Part shown: piece after piece, positions 18,897 through 29,754 of the stretch
How positions within the stretch are numbered: position 1 is the first letter of the stretch
Layout: each line of letters begins with the position of its first letter
Virus record (IMG/VR): IMGVR_UViG_3300006056_000001
Coordinates: 125,717-189,716 of that record
Source of the DNA: a virus
Taxonomy: Duplodnaviria; Caudoviricetes
DNA: 64,000 nt
Reading direction: 5' to 3' (one strand)
The notes under the pieces: model-generated
Seen by the model: only the letters and a program-made list of their open reading frames with translations
Databases searched by the model: none
What the model was told of the DNA's origin: nothing
Made by a program: the position numbers and the translations under genes

Positions 18897-21700
18897 TTCT
18901 TCTTTTTTAACTCTGTTTACGAAGGTAATAGATGCTAACTATCATAGTTATCAGTGTCTTAAGTTTGAACAAGATTTCTTATCTAAAGAAGTATCAGAGT
19001 ATTTAATTGTATGTACTACTAAACAGAATGAATTAGAATTAGAGAAGGCTAATACTATTAAAGATATTAATAGTAAAATATACTCTATAGTAAATACACA
19101 AGATATATTAGACATTGATGTTTATAAAGTAAGAACAGGCAAGAAGTTAAGTAAAACATTACAAACAAAAATAGTACACGCAGAGGTCAAAGAGTGACTC
19201 CTAATGCTTGGAACTACCGTCTAGTAGTTGTTAAAAAAGAACACAATAATCTTCCTTATTATACTCTTACCATTAGGGAGGTATATTATAATCAAGGCGG
19301 GCATCCTTTTGCATCTAGTGATGCAGATGTTGATATAACAATCTCGCCTCTTGAGCCTGAAGATCCTATAGATGAACTAAAGGCTGATCTCGAAGCAATG
19401 CTTGAGGCATTTAAACATCCTGTTTTAAATGAAGAGTTGGATGAAGTAGATAGAGATAAAGTAATCAAATTATTGAAGACTAGATAATGAAAAAATATTA
19501 CGAGGCACATGTTACTTTCAATTCTAATACTGAGATATACTATCCAACTTGGAAGTTCTCTAGGATTGATGGGGACCCTGTATTAGGTAAGGGCATAAAA
19601 ATGTATCTTACTAAACAGTTTAAAGAAGCTGTATCTTTACAAGCTATTCAAGAAGAGATGAGTGTTGTTTCACAACATATTTATCTTATGGGCGGCCAAC
19701 CTTTAAGAACTAAAATTGAATTAGTAGTATATGATACTAAGATAATACCAGAGGAACTTTTACAAGAACCTTTATGAACATAAAAGAATTAAAAGAAGCA
19801 ATAAAGAATCTTCCCGATGAGATGCTTGTATATACTGAGCAATGGCAATCAGATCCTAATGGAGAAGGTACAGATTGGCCTGTAAGAAAAGAAGCCATAA
19901 GTGCTAGTACTTCTCATCAGGAGACATATAATCCTAACTTAAATCCTACTTCTTATGTATGTAATAAACATGGACATAGAATAATGAAGTATGGTCAGTA
20001 TGTAATAGATATATTTGTAATCAATTAAATGACAACTAAAAAGAAAACTAAAAAAGTTAAACAAAAACTTACTCTTGAACAGTTAGCCTCTGTAATAAGA
20101 TATAGATTCCAAGACATTGCAGATCTTGGTTATGGTAAAGTATCTATTGCTTTAGCATATAATAAAGAAATGGATTTAATAGAGACAGAAATTGTTCAAT
20201 TAATTAAGGATAATATTTAATGACAAACAATAACTTAATTGAAGTAGCAATAGTTTCTATTGGTTACAAAGAATATTATGACCTTGATGAAACTTATTCT
20301 AGAAGTGTTTTAGAAAATTTAATAACAAATTGGGAACAGGTTACACAAGAACAGTATGATTTGTTGCTTAAACATCAAAGTAAATTGGGTGGATTACTTC
20401 TAACAAGAACTCCTGTACAACAAGTATTAACTAAAACAATACCTCAGATTATTAAAGATGCAGAAGAAACAGAACGTAAACAAAAAGAAAGAGAAAAGAA
20501 GTACAAACAAGAAGAAAAAGAAAGAGAGTTAAGCAAAAAGAAAAAAGCATTAGAAAGAGCTAAAAAGAAAGCTGAAGTACTTCAAAAAGAACTTGGAATA
20601 TAATTATATGTTAGATTTTCATGAAAAATTAATAAGTGAAAAACAAATAACTCTTAAAGAAGGTTATTTTATAGTGGCTAAATTTATAGGTAGATATATT
20701 CAACCTCAACCTTATCATAGTACTGCCTTACCTGATTGGACTTCATTAGAATTAAATATACAACATACTTGTGATGCAGTAATTAGTACTACTATAACTA
20801 TAAATAATATTAATTCTATAGATTTAGAAAGTATATCCAATTTATTTAAAGATCTAACTACTATATCTAAGACTTTAAATAAAGCTTCTGCTGAAATAAA
20901 AGAAGCAGAAAAGAAAATCCTTGAAATATTGAAAGAAAATGGCATATAATTATGACGATATTATAATATGTCCTAATTGTAATACAAATAAAAATGTATA
21001 TACTACTCTTATCGGGACGCTCAATCTTATAAAACAACTAGATCCTAATACAGCTACATGTTATACTTGTGGGTGGAAAAGTAATGTAGGAGATTATTAT
21101 AAACAAGAAGCAATTATTAAAACTAATTTATGGAAATTAATTGATTCTATAAGTATAATAAAGCCGGACCAAATTGGTATACTACATGATAAAGCAAGAT
21201 TTGCAAATTACTTAGCAAATAATAATTTTAATGGTATAGTTGTACATCGTAAAAATCAGTATAATGCTACTATACAATTTCAAACACTTATTTTTCATCC
21301 AAATAATGTTGATTGTTCACATGAATTTAAAGATACATTATTTTATGAAGATGTTAAAGATATAGATCTTTTAATTTTATCTAATAAAATGGAAAGTTTT
21401 CTTTCTCCTTTACCTAATATTCCTCCTAAGAATGAGATTTGGAATATAATAAATGCTATGACTATTAAGCCAGACAGACTTATTAAATGTTCTGATGGTG
21501 ATTACATGGCTTACTATTTTAGTTTAACTAATAAAAGTAAGTATGCTTGTATTACTTGTGGTGAACCTGATGAAGATGGCATCACTACATGTTTTTCTTT
21601 AAGTGAAAAAGATAAGCCACTTAATATAATACATTGTCAAGTTGAATATATGTCTTGCCTATCTAATATAGAGAAGCAAATAATTGATTTTCTAAAATAA
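18874..21700 (+). other. eight small hypothetical ORFs (starts 18874, 19194, 19487, 19774, 20029, 20220, 20593, 20939)
   Basis: Tightly coupled ORFs; 20939 has an N-terminal CPNC...CYTC zinc ribbon; 20220 has a charged coiled-coil tail. Confidence 0.65.
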
Positions 21701-21701
21701 C

Positions 21702-21857
21702 ATGACTGACATTTCTAAAATACTAAAAGAGTTTGAAGGTTTAGGTATAACTACAGCTTCAAACGCTACAAAATATGAGTTTTACGATACTCCTTTTCCT
21801 ACTGTTAATAATTTAATAGGTGGACTACCTAAGGGACGCTTCGTAACGATCGCAGGT
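21702..21857 (+). CDS. recA: RecA/UvsX recombinase exon 1 (not in ORF track)
   Basis: MTDISK...YDTPFPTVNNLIGGLPKGRFVTIAG matches the RecA GGLPxGR..I.G segment preceding Walker A. Confidence 0.92.
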
Positions 21858-22697
21858 TAATTTCGGGCCTGCCTATATAGTAATATATAGTTAAAAAATT
21901 CTTGAATTGCTGGAACATCTTACTAGGTAAAGCTAAAGACAATCAGCAGCAAAGTTTTGATAAATATACTAGGTACAAATATGCAAGTATGGCTAATTAC
22001 AACTCAGCTATAAATAGGCGTTGCGTACCTGGAAAAATCTATGGATATCTAACTATAGTCAAATTTATTACCAATAAAAACATGTGGCAATGTACATGTA
22101 TTTGTGGTAAAACTGTTTATAGACAAGGAGCGGCGTTACTAAAATATAAGAATCCTAATTGCGGATGCAAAAAAGGAACTTATGCTTTATTACCCAATCA
22201 GCTCGCACATAAGAATGCTATAATCAGTGACTATAAAAGACATGCCAAAGATAGAAATATTGAATTCAAATTAACAGTTGAACAAGCGGTTATATTTTTT
22301 GAAGGTAATTGTTATTACTGTGGTTCTAAACCAAGTAACCTTAAAACAGTTAAGCCTTCTAGAAAACTTAGAGCTAAATACAACTGTACTATCACTAATT
22401 ACTTCTATAATGGAATAGACAGAATTAATTCTGATCTAGGATATGAAGAAAAAAATTGTGTTAGTTGTTGTCTTACTTGTAATAGATCAAAAAGTGATCT
22501 AACTGTAGACGACTGGAAAATTTGGATCAATAATCTATATCAAAAAATGTTCAACGACCAGTCGAAAGACGTAGGATCTAGTGATCCGAAGCGGGAATCT
22601 CCACTTTAGTGGATGAAGATATGGTCTAATCTATATAGAAATATATAGCTGGATTAACTATCCGGGCAGTAATTAACGAATACTGTTGAATATAATG
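21858..22697 (+). mobile_element. group I intron (IA-like) with homing endonuclease
   Basis: P1 GCAGGT/GCCTGC with U.G at the splice site; P AATTGCTGGAA 21905; Q AATCAGCAGC 21941; R GTTCAACGACCA 22549; S AAGATATGGTC 22616; GNRA-capped P2 and P9; terminal G at 22697; splicing restores frame. Confidence 0.93.
21989..22609 (+). CDS. intron-encoded HNH homing endonuclease
   Basis: WQCTCICG...NCGC N-terminus; CYYCG...NGIDRINSDLGY...NCVSCC..CNRSK; ATG 21989 preferred because the track start (21902) lies in the ribozyme core. Confidence 0.88.
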   Translation: MANYNSAINRRCVPGKIYGYLTIVKFITNKNMWQCTCICGKTVYRQGAALLKYKNPNCGCKKGTYALLPNQLAHKNAIISDYKRHAKDRNIEFKLTVEQAVIFFEGNCYYCGSKPSNLKTVKPSRKLRAKYNCTITNYFYNGIDRINSDLGYEEKNCVSCCLTCNRSKSDLTVDDWKIWINNLYQKMFNDQSKDVGSSDPKRESPL

Positions 22698-23627
22698 CCA
22701 GAACATACTGGTAAAGGTGCCTTCTGTGCCCAAACTATAGCTCACTTACAAGCTAAGGACCCAGAGTTTATAGCCCTTTGGACAGATGCAGAGAATGCAT
22801 TTGATGAAGACTGGGCTAAGAAGCTTGGTGTAGACTTAGATAGACTAATAATCCAACGTTATACTGTAGAGATAAATAGTATGGAGAAGTTATTAGATCA
22901 GTCTATGAACTTATTAAAGAGACTAAAGATTAATATGTGGGTAATAGACTCTATAGGTGCTTTGCTTCCTAGTAAGGATGCTTACGAACAAAAGGGTAAG
23001 AACTATACAGATAAGTCTTTAGAAGGAACTAATATGTTAAACCTCCAGCGTAAGCTAGGAGAGTTCTTTCGTAAAGCTAATATATTTGTATCACCTAGAC
23101 CAGCAGAAAGCTATGGTGGCTGTTCAGTAATTTGTATTGGTCAAATTTATACAGATATTAATGCTTACATTCCCTTAGATACTGTTAAGGGAGGCAATGC
23201 ACTTAAGCACTGGGCACATCTAAGATTAATGTTTAGACGTGGACCTAAGAGTGACTGGCCCGAGACTATCAAAATAAAGACTCCAGATGGTGAAACTAGG
23301 GAAGTATTCCCTGGTTGGTCTGGAAGAATGAAGATAGAAAAGACAAGAATTAATAGTAATGAAGGCAAAGAAATACTCCTTCCTTTTAAACACGGTCTTG
23401 GATTTGACTCTAGAGGCTCTGCTATTAATAGTGCTTTTGGACTGGGACTGATAGAAAGATCAGGTCCTATGTACAATAATAAACATTTACCTGATGGTAA
23501 GATGAAAGGTAAAGAAGAAGTAATTAAATTCTTTAATACCAATGATGAAGCATATAATGCTTTAATCAAAGATTTGACTGAGATATCTCTTCAAGAGATT
23601 TTAATAGAAGAAACGAAAGATGAGTGA
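22698..23627 (+). CDS. recA: RecA/UvsX recombinase exon 2 (spliced protein 361 aa)
   Basis: PEHTGK completes Walker A; DAENAFD..WAKKLGVD, VIDSIGAL, GQI, GGNALKH. Confidence 0.93.
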   Translation, partial: PEHTGKGAFCAQTIAHLQAKDPEFIALWTDAENAFDEDWAKKLGVDLDRLIIQRYTVEINSMEKLLDQSMNLLKRLKINMWVIDSIGALLPSKDAYEQKGKNYTDKSLEGTNMLNLQRKLGEFFRKANIFVSPRPAESYGGCSVICIGQIYTDINAYIPLDTVKGGNALKHWAHLRLMFRRGPKSDWPETIKIKTPDGETREVFPGWSGRMKIEKTRINSNEGKEILLPFKHGLGFDSRGSAINSAFGLGLIERSGPMYNNKHLPDGKMKGKEEVIKFFNTNDEAYNALIKDLTEISLQEILIEETKDE

Positions 23628-24018
23628 TATAAGTTTTACAGTTACACGAGCTTGGCCAGGTTCTGATGCTCAAAAGAAAGTAGGAATACACGCTACTTTT
23701 AACATTACCATTAATGGTCCAGATGGTATTATAGCTTCTGTAAATGACATGAAGCTAATGACAAATAAGGAAGGAAAGTATTATGTTGACTCCGCCTCTC
23801 GTCAGTATACTGATAAGGAAGGCAACAATAAGAGAATCAATTATATTAAGTTCTTCCCAGAGAAGCAGAATTGGCACATGCAGGATTCTATTGTGAACCT
23901 GGTTATTGATGCTTTGAAGAAGGCTCCAACTGCCCCAGCTAAGGCTGGAGGAAGTACTTATGCTGCTAAGCCAAAGCCTGCCGTAACTAAGCCTGCTGCA
24001 GATAACGAGGATTGGTGA
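23620..24018 (+). CDS. SpoVG-like nucleic-acid-binding protein with SSB-like acidic tail
   Basis: ATFNITI..VNDMKLM..GKYYV...SR...Y pattern parallels SpoVG; Pro/Ala/Lys linker ending ADNEDW. Confidence 0.6.
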   Translation: MSDISFTVTRAWPGSDAQKKVGIHATFNITINGPDGIIASVNDMKLMTNKEGKYYVDSASRQYTDKEGNNKRINYIKFFPEKQNWHMQDSIVNLVIDALKKAPTAPAKAGGSTYAAKPKPAVTKPAADNEDW

Positions 24019-24019
24019 G

Positions 24020-24604
24020 ATGTCTCATCAATGGAAGGCGGCAGAACGATTCATAGCTAAGGCTTTAGGTGGCCACCGCATTCCTAGAGGGGCTAATTTT
24101 TCTAATTCTCTACCTGATATAGTAGCTCCAGCTAGTAATACACTAGCTAGGGCTACAGGGTTGATATTCGCAGAGAGTAAATACTCTAAGAATAACCCTT
24201 GGGTAGATAATATGAAAGAGCACTATCTTACTGATCGTTCTGTTGTTAAATTTATAGACGATAAAACTAATAAACAATATCTATTTTTTGAGTTAAGGGA
24301 CATACATAAACTGTCTGATCCTAAGGTAGTAGCTCAATCTTTTATTGTATACTCTCCAAAGTTTCCTAAGTATATAGTAGAACACTTTGATCAATCAAAA
24401 GATTATATAGATATAGTTAAGAAAGATCCTATTACTACTGCTTCTATTACTTCTTTGACTAACATAAGTCCTTTCTATTCTCCTGTACTACCCATAGTAG
24501 TATTGACTAAGGCTAGAAAGTCATTCAGGCTTGCATATACAGATTGTGAATATCTGTTAAAATTTTATACACAACAAGATGATAGAAGCTACAGGAATAT
24601 ATAA
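24020..24604 (+). CDS. PD-(D/E)XK nuclease, resolvase-like
   Basis: WKAAERFIAKALGG.R, PDIV, AESKY. Confidence 0.7.
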   Translation: MSHQWKAAERFIAKALGGHRIPRGANFSNSLPDIVAPASNTLARATGLIFAESKYSKNNPWVDNMKEHYLTDRSVVKFIDDKTNKQYLFFELRDIHKLSDPKVVAQSFIVYSPKFPKYIVEHFDQSKDYIDIVKKDPITTASITSLTNISPFYSPVLPIVVLTKARKSFRLAYTDCEYLLKFYTQQDDRSYRNI

Positions 24605-24962
24605 AGAAATAGCCGATCGTCAAGTTTTAGTTGTTTCTTTAGATAAGAAATATTTTGATAAGCTGCGTAATCATATTGTTAATAGTATGTTTTTTTCATA
24701 CTGTAGATCTTATAAATTTGATGAAATAACTCTATCTTCTATAGGTGATCACTTAGATAAAAAAGATGTACAGGATTTAAGGAAAGCAGATATTGCTATA
24801 AATGTTAACGTAACTCCTTTGCCTACTAAAGAACAAGTAAATGGACTAAATGACTGGCATTCTTGGGCTGTACTTGCTATTTGTGGTAATGAATCTTTAG
24901 TCTTTTGTATAGATAAAGAAACTGAATTCATAAAAGATAGGGACTATACACATGTTAAATGA
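24579..24962 (+). CDS. hypothetical protein
   Basis: ORF in operon. Confidence 0.6.
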   Translation: MIEATGIYKEIADRQVLVVSLDKKYFDKLRNHIVNSMFFSYCRSYKFDEITLSSIGDHLDKKDVQDLRKADIAINVNVTPLPTKEQVNGLNDWHSWAVLAICGNESLVFCIDKETEFIKDRDYTHVK

Positions 24963-25281
24963 AGAACATTTTAAACAAATTTTAGAGCAGGTTCTTGATC
25001 AAGTTTTTAAAGGTAAGGGTCAAGAAAGACATGGCCACGGATTGAATCTTGAACAACAGCCGTGGAAGACTATTACCGACAATGTTGGTACTGGCTTTGT
25101 CTTAGGACAAGCTCTCAAGAAACTGATGGAGTTAAGGACATTTGAGCCTAAAGATAACTCTCCAGAACAAATAGAAAAAGCACTCTCTGCTTGGAAGAGA
25201 GAGGCTTTAGGTGCTATAGTTTATACAATTTTTGCTATAATGTATAAAGAGTATGAGCACATAACTAAGTTAAAAGTATAA
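24952..25281 (+). CDS. hypothetical helical protein
   Basis: GKGQERH...GQALKK...REALGAIVY; directly upstream of nrdJ. Confidence 0.6.
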   Translation: MLNEEHFKQILEQVLDQVFKGKGQERHGHGLNLEQQPWKTITDNVGTGFVLGQALKKLMELRTFEPKDNSPEQIEKALSAWKREALGAIVYTIFAIMYKEYEHITKLKV

Positions 25282-25307
25282 TATTTACTTTAACTTTCCT
25301 TACTTTC

Positions 25308-27296
25308 ATGTCTACCAAATTTAAACTTACTGAAAACTTTTTAAGGCAATTTCAAAATAAAGAACCTGATTGGGGCTTTGATGAACTAAGCCGAATTACT
25401 TATTTAAGAACATATTCTAGAATTAAAGAAGACGGATCACAAGAAACATTTTTTGATACTATTAAAAGATGTGTAGAGGGTAGTTTTACTATCCAGATGG
25501 AGCATTGTAGGAAGTCCTGCTTACCGTGGGATGCATATAAGGCTCAGAAATCTGCACAAAAGATGTTCCAGAAGATGTGGGAGTTTAAGTTCCTACCTCC
25601 TGGCCGTGGTCTATGGACCATGGGCACTCCTATAGTAGAAAAGATAGGGTCAGCATCGTTATGTAATTGCGGCTTTGTATCTACTAAAGATATTGACAAA
25701 GACTTTGCAGAGCCATTTGCATGGGCTGCTGATATGCTTATGCTAGGTGTAGGTATTGGATATGATACTTTAGGTGCTAACAAAATTACTATTAGTAAAC
25801 GTCCTACTGGACTATATAATTGTCTGCCTTTAAACACATATAAGATTCCTGATACTAGAGAAGGTTGGGTAGAATCTATAAAGCTATTATTAAATAACTA
25901 TATACAGGAAGATAGAAAAGAGCATATTGTATTTGATTATAGTTTAATTAGACCAGCCGGCTCTCCTATAAAAGGCTTTGGTGGAACAGCTTCTGGACCA
26001 GAACCTTTAATAGAAGGGCACAATAATATTATAAAGTTATTAGATAGTTATGATGGTATACAGTTAGATTCTGTAGGTATTGTAGATATAATGAATTATA
26101 TTGGTAAGTTTGTAGTAGCAGGTAACGTAAGAAGATCTGCTGAAATTGCTATTGGTAATATAGAAGATCAACCTTTTATTGAGATGAAGGACTATAATAA
26201 GTATCCAGAAGAATTAAAAGACAGAAGATGGATGTCTAATAATTCTGTCTATTCTAAGTCGACTTCTGATTTTTCTAATATAATAAAGAATATTACTATT
26301 AATGGTGAGCCTGGTATAATACTACTTGATAATTGTAAACATTATGGAAGATTTGTAGATGGATATCTATCTTCTAGTCATCCTAAATTTGACAATGTAG
26401 ATGGGGTTAACCCATGTGCAGAGCAATGCTTACAGTCTTATGAGCTATGTAACTTAGTAGAGACTTTCCCTGCTAATCATGAGACCGCTGAAGAGTATTA
26501 CGATACTCTAAAGTATGCATACTTATATGCCAAGTCAGTAACTTTATTACCTACTCATTGTGAGAAGACTAATCAAATTATGTTACAGAACCGCCGTATA
26601 GGTTGCTCTCAATCTGGTATACAACAGGCTATTAAGAAGTTTGGTATACAAAAGTATCTTATTAATTTTTGTAATACAGGATATAAAGCCGTTGAGCATT
26701 GGGATTTAATTTATTCTAGATGGTTAGGTGTTCCTACTTCTATCAGATACACTACAGTAAAGCCTAGTGGCACTGTAAGCATATTAGCTGGAGCTACTCC
26801 TGGGGTACATTGTACCCATAGTGAATATTACATGAGAACTATAAGGATAGCTGCTAATAATGCATTGATAAAGCCTTTAACTGAGGCTGGGTATAAGATA
26901 GAAGAATCTATTAATGATCCGTCTACTAAAGTTGTTTACTTCCCTGTCAAAGAAAAGAATTTTACTAAGTCTAAATATGACATTAGTTTATGGGAGCAAC
27001 TCATATTGATAAAAGAACTACAACATTATTGGGCAGATAATTCTGTATCTTGTACTGTTACTTTTAAGCCTGAAGAAGCTAAAGATTTGAAGAGTGCCAT
27101 AGAGTATATGGCCCCTTATGTAAAGACGCTCTCTTTCTTACCGTTAGAGAATCACAACTATCAACAAGCTCCTTATCAAACATGTACTAAAGAAGAATAT
27201 GACGCTTATGTAGCTAGTTTAAATACCCTTATTATTAAATCTTTAGTAGAATCTAAAGGAGAAAGGTATTGTACAAACGATACCTGTTCCGTATAA
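25308..27296 (+). CDS. nrdJ: class II (adenosylcobalamin-dependent) ribonucleotide reductase, monomeric RTPR type
   Basis: RTYSR, PPGRGLW, NC, GNVRRSA, NPCAEQ, CNL, TVKPSGT, C-terminal CTNDTC. Confidence 0.95.
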   Translation: MSTKFKLTENFLRQFQNKEPDWGFDELSRITYLRTYSRIKEDGSQETFFDTIKRCVEGSFTIQMEHCRKSCLPWDAYKAQKSAQKMFQKMWEFKFLPPGRGLWTMGTPIVEKIGSASLCNCGFVSTKDIDKDFAEPFAWAADMLMLGVGIGYDTLGANKITISKRPTGLYNCLPLNTYKIPDTREGWVESIKLLLNNYIQEDRKEHIVFDYSLIRPAGSPIKGFGGTASGPEPLIEGHNNIIKLLDSYDGIQLDSVGIVDIMNYIGKFVVAGNVRRSAEIAIGNIEDQPFIEMKDYNKYPEELKDRRWMSNNSVYSKSTSDFSNIIKNITINGEPGIILLDNCKHYGRFVDGYLSSSHPKFDNVDGVNPCAEQCLQSYELCNLVETFPANHETAEEYYDTLKYAYLYAKSVTLLPTHCEKTNQIMLQNRRIGCSQSGIQQAIKKFGIQKYLINFCNTGYKAVEHWDLIYSRWLGVPTSIRYTTVKPSGTVSILAGATPGVHCTHSEYYMRTIRIAANNALIKPLTEAGYKIEESINDPSTKVVYFPVKEKNFTKSKYDISLWEQLILIKELQHYWADNSVSCTVTFKPEEAKDLKSAIEYMAPYVKTLSFLPLENHNYQQAPYQTCTKEEYDAYVASLNTLIIKSLVESKGERYCTNDTCSV

Positions 27297-27314
27297 CCTC
27301 TTTAACCCATATAT

Positions 27315-27344
27315 AGAGCCAGGTTTTCCTGGCTCTTTTTCTTT
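27315..27344 (+). terminator. Rho-independent terminator after nrdJ
   Basis: AGAGCCAGG-TTTT-CCTGGCTCT followed by TTTTCTTT. Confidence 0.85.
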
Positions 27345-27346
27345 AC

Positions 27347-28522
27347 ATGGAAACGATTTTAGAGTTTCTAAAAAACAATCAGATAGCTTCGGGCGGTTTA
27401 TTAATAGGTGTAATGGCTTTCTTATACCAACATGGTATGAGGATGCTTAATTTTGTTAATATATATATTAAAAAATCTACTCTTGTTACATATCATTTTT
27501 CTTCTAACGAAGGGTTTGATTTATACAATACTTTAGATGATTGGATTAAAGGTATTATTATAACTAATAAAAAGAATATTACAGATATTGCAATTAAATT
27601 AAATCAAGAGGTTATACAACATGGTAGATGGATAGTAAGTCTACCACAAGTAGGATTTGCATATATTTCTATTATTACTAAATCTAGAAAAGATACAGAT
27701 AGTATAGTTGATGGAACTAAAATTCATGAAACAACTATTACTATTTTTAAACGAAACAAAAATAAATTAAAAGCTATTATTGATAAATTTAAAGAAGTAA
27801 ATAACTCAGATGTTGTTTATGAAATAGAACATAGTAATGTATTTGAAGTAGGGGATTTTCCTAAGAAGCATATTAATTTAAATAGTGTTATTTTAGACAA
27901 TACTCTTTCACAAGATTTATTTAATGATTTAAAAACTTTTTTAAATAGTAAAGAAAAATATTATAATTTAGGAAATACATATAAAAGAATCTATCTTTTG
28001 TCTGGTCCTCCAGGTAATGGAAAGACTTCTATTATTAAATTGATATCTAACTATTTAAATTATTCAATTATTAATTGTTCATTAGAAAAAATTTCTTCTA
28101 GAATTGTTAGAGATGCTATGTCTTATACAAATGATAAAGCATTATTTATATTTGAAGATATAGATAGAGAAAACCTAAATGATTCAAAGATTAATATCAG
28201 TAATTTATTAAATCTTTTTGATGGTATTACTACTCCAGAGTGTATAATTATTTTGACATGTAATGATATATCTAAGTTTGATCCTGCATTTATAAGACCA
28301 GGTAGAGTAGATCGTATTTTTGAAGTAAAAAATGCTAATAAAGATCAAGTTAGAAGAATGTTCTTGAAGTACTATCCTGCTGAAGACACTAAGATAGATA
28401 ATGCTATAAAGGATTACCCTTGTCATCTACTATCTATGTCTAAGATACAAGAATGTCTCCAGGTTGGAGATAATATAGATAGTGCAATTGAGCTGTTTAA
28501 AAAGAATATAGAACAAAAATGA
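27347..28522 (+). CDS. BCS1-like membrane-anchored AAA ATPase
   Basis: N-terminal hydrophobic NNQIASGGLLIGVMAFL; YKRIYLLSGPPGNGKTS, FEDID, LLNLFDG, DPAFIRPGRVD. Confidence 0.8.
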   Translation: METILEFLKNNQIASGGLLIGVMAFLYQHGMRMLNFVNIYIKKSTLVTYHFSSNEGFDLYNTLDDWIKGIIITNKKNITDIAIKLNQEVIQHGRWIVSLPQVGFAYISIITKSRKDTDSIVDGTKIHETTITIFKRNKNKLKAIIDKFKEVNNSDVVYEIEHSNVFEVGDFPKKHINLNSVILDNTLSQDLFNDLKTFLNSKEKYYNLGNTYKRIYLLSGPPGNGKTSIIKLISNYLNYSIINCSLEKISSRIVRDAMSYTNDKALFIFEDIDRENLNDSKINISNLLNLFDGITTPECIIILTCNDISKFDPAFIRPGRVDRIFEVKNANKDQVRRMFLKYYPAEDTKIDNAIKDYPCHLLSMSKIQECLQVGDNIDSAIELFKKNIEQK

Positions 28523-29677
28523 GAATGCAGATAAAATATCCTTATATGGATGCCCCTAAAGGGATAAGATCTTTATCTTATCATGAACTCTATAATTTAC
28601 CTATAGATACTCTTATTTGGATATCAGGATATTATGGCTTATGTATGTATAAGGGTCCTTCTAAAAATGTCTTTTTAGATCCTATACTTTCTGTTAAAAG
28701 TTCATTTATACATGATAGAAATAATAGAACATATATTGATTTAGAAACAGATACTTTACCTGTTAATGAAAAGGGCTTTCTCATAAAGCTTCTCGTCTCT
28801 GGAACTTATCTATATCTCCATTCAGGTATGGAGGAACATGTTTCTTGGTCTAATATTCTTAATCATTGTTTTTTAGTAGATGATTCTCTATTACATACTA
28901 TTATATCTCCTTTCATGCCTGCATTGGATTGCTTTTCAGAAGCTTTAGAACAAAACATTAAACTAAATATAGTAACATGAGAACAGCAACATTTCAGTTT
29001 GATCTAGATTTATATAAATCTTTATATAAAGCTCTTCCTAAAACTTTAGATCTTAATGAGTTCTTAAAGCTACCGTCCGGTGCAATCTTATTTTCTTTCT
29101 CAGATTTTAAATTATATAAATTTGGTGGATTCTCTGATCTAAAGCCAGGAATTACTTTAGATGCAAATGCATATGAACTTACTACAGCATATGGAAATAT
29201 AAACCAGATTGGTAGAAAAGCTACTGCTACAGGCACATTTCCAGATACTTTTTTAATTAGTATTTTTAATACCGCTTCTACTTTTAAGGTAATTAAAAAA
29301 GGTACATTAATAAGTTTACATATTAATACCAGAGCTGCTTATTTTGTATTAGATCATAAAATAGTAAGATGTTTATTTCCTTTTTATACTTCTATAGAAT
29401 ATTTAATCAAAGCCAATAAACAATATTCTGAACTAGTTGAGAAAAATCCTAAGTTAGAAAATTTTGTGTTAGATTGTGATACAAAATGAATCTATATAAT
29501 TCTACTGAAGATCTTAAAAATATAGTAGATGCTATAAAGAATGAGATGCATCGCCCTTTAAAAGATAAAATATCTAAACAAGACTTTGATAAAGTATTTG
29601 ATACCAAGTGTGGAACTGCTATGATAAAGCAGATTCTTGACAAGATAGAGGATACTTTAAGAGTAAAAAATATATAA
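28519..29677 (+). other. three hypothetical ORFs (28519-28980, 28977-29489, 29486-29677)
   Basis: ATGA-coupled; the first two share an L..E...LP..T/A.L/I N-terminal pattern. Confidence 0.6.
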
Positions 29678-29710
29678 TTAGTTAACTTTTTTAACAGCTA
29701 ATTACGTATA

Positions 29711-29736
29711 TATAATAAATCAGACTAAATCTGATT
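29711..29736 (+). promoter_or_regulatory. -10 box followed by a palindromic operator candidate
   Basis: TATAAT at 29711-29716, then AATCAGA-N5-TCTGATT at 29718-29736, upstream of an HTH gene. Confidence 0.55.
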
Positions 29737-29754
29737 CCTTTCTACAATAAAAAC

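Noticed and set aside
21902-21988. Track start of the HNH ORF at TTG 21902
   Set aside because: The segment is the intron P/Q core; ATG 21989 is more plausible
22686-22697. Track start of RecA (MNIM...) as a stand-alone 313-aa gene
   Set aside because: It would lack the first half of Walker A; these bases are the intron 3' end
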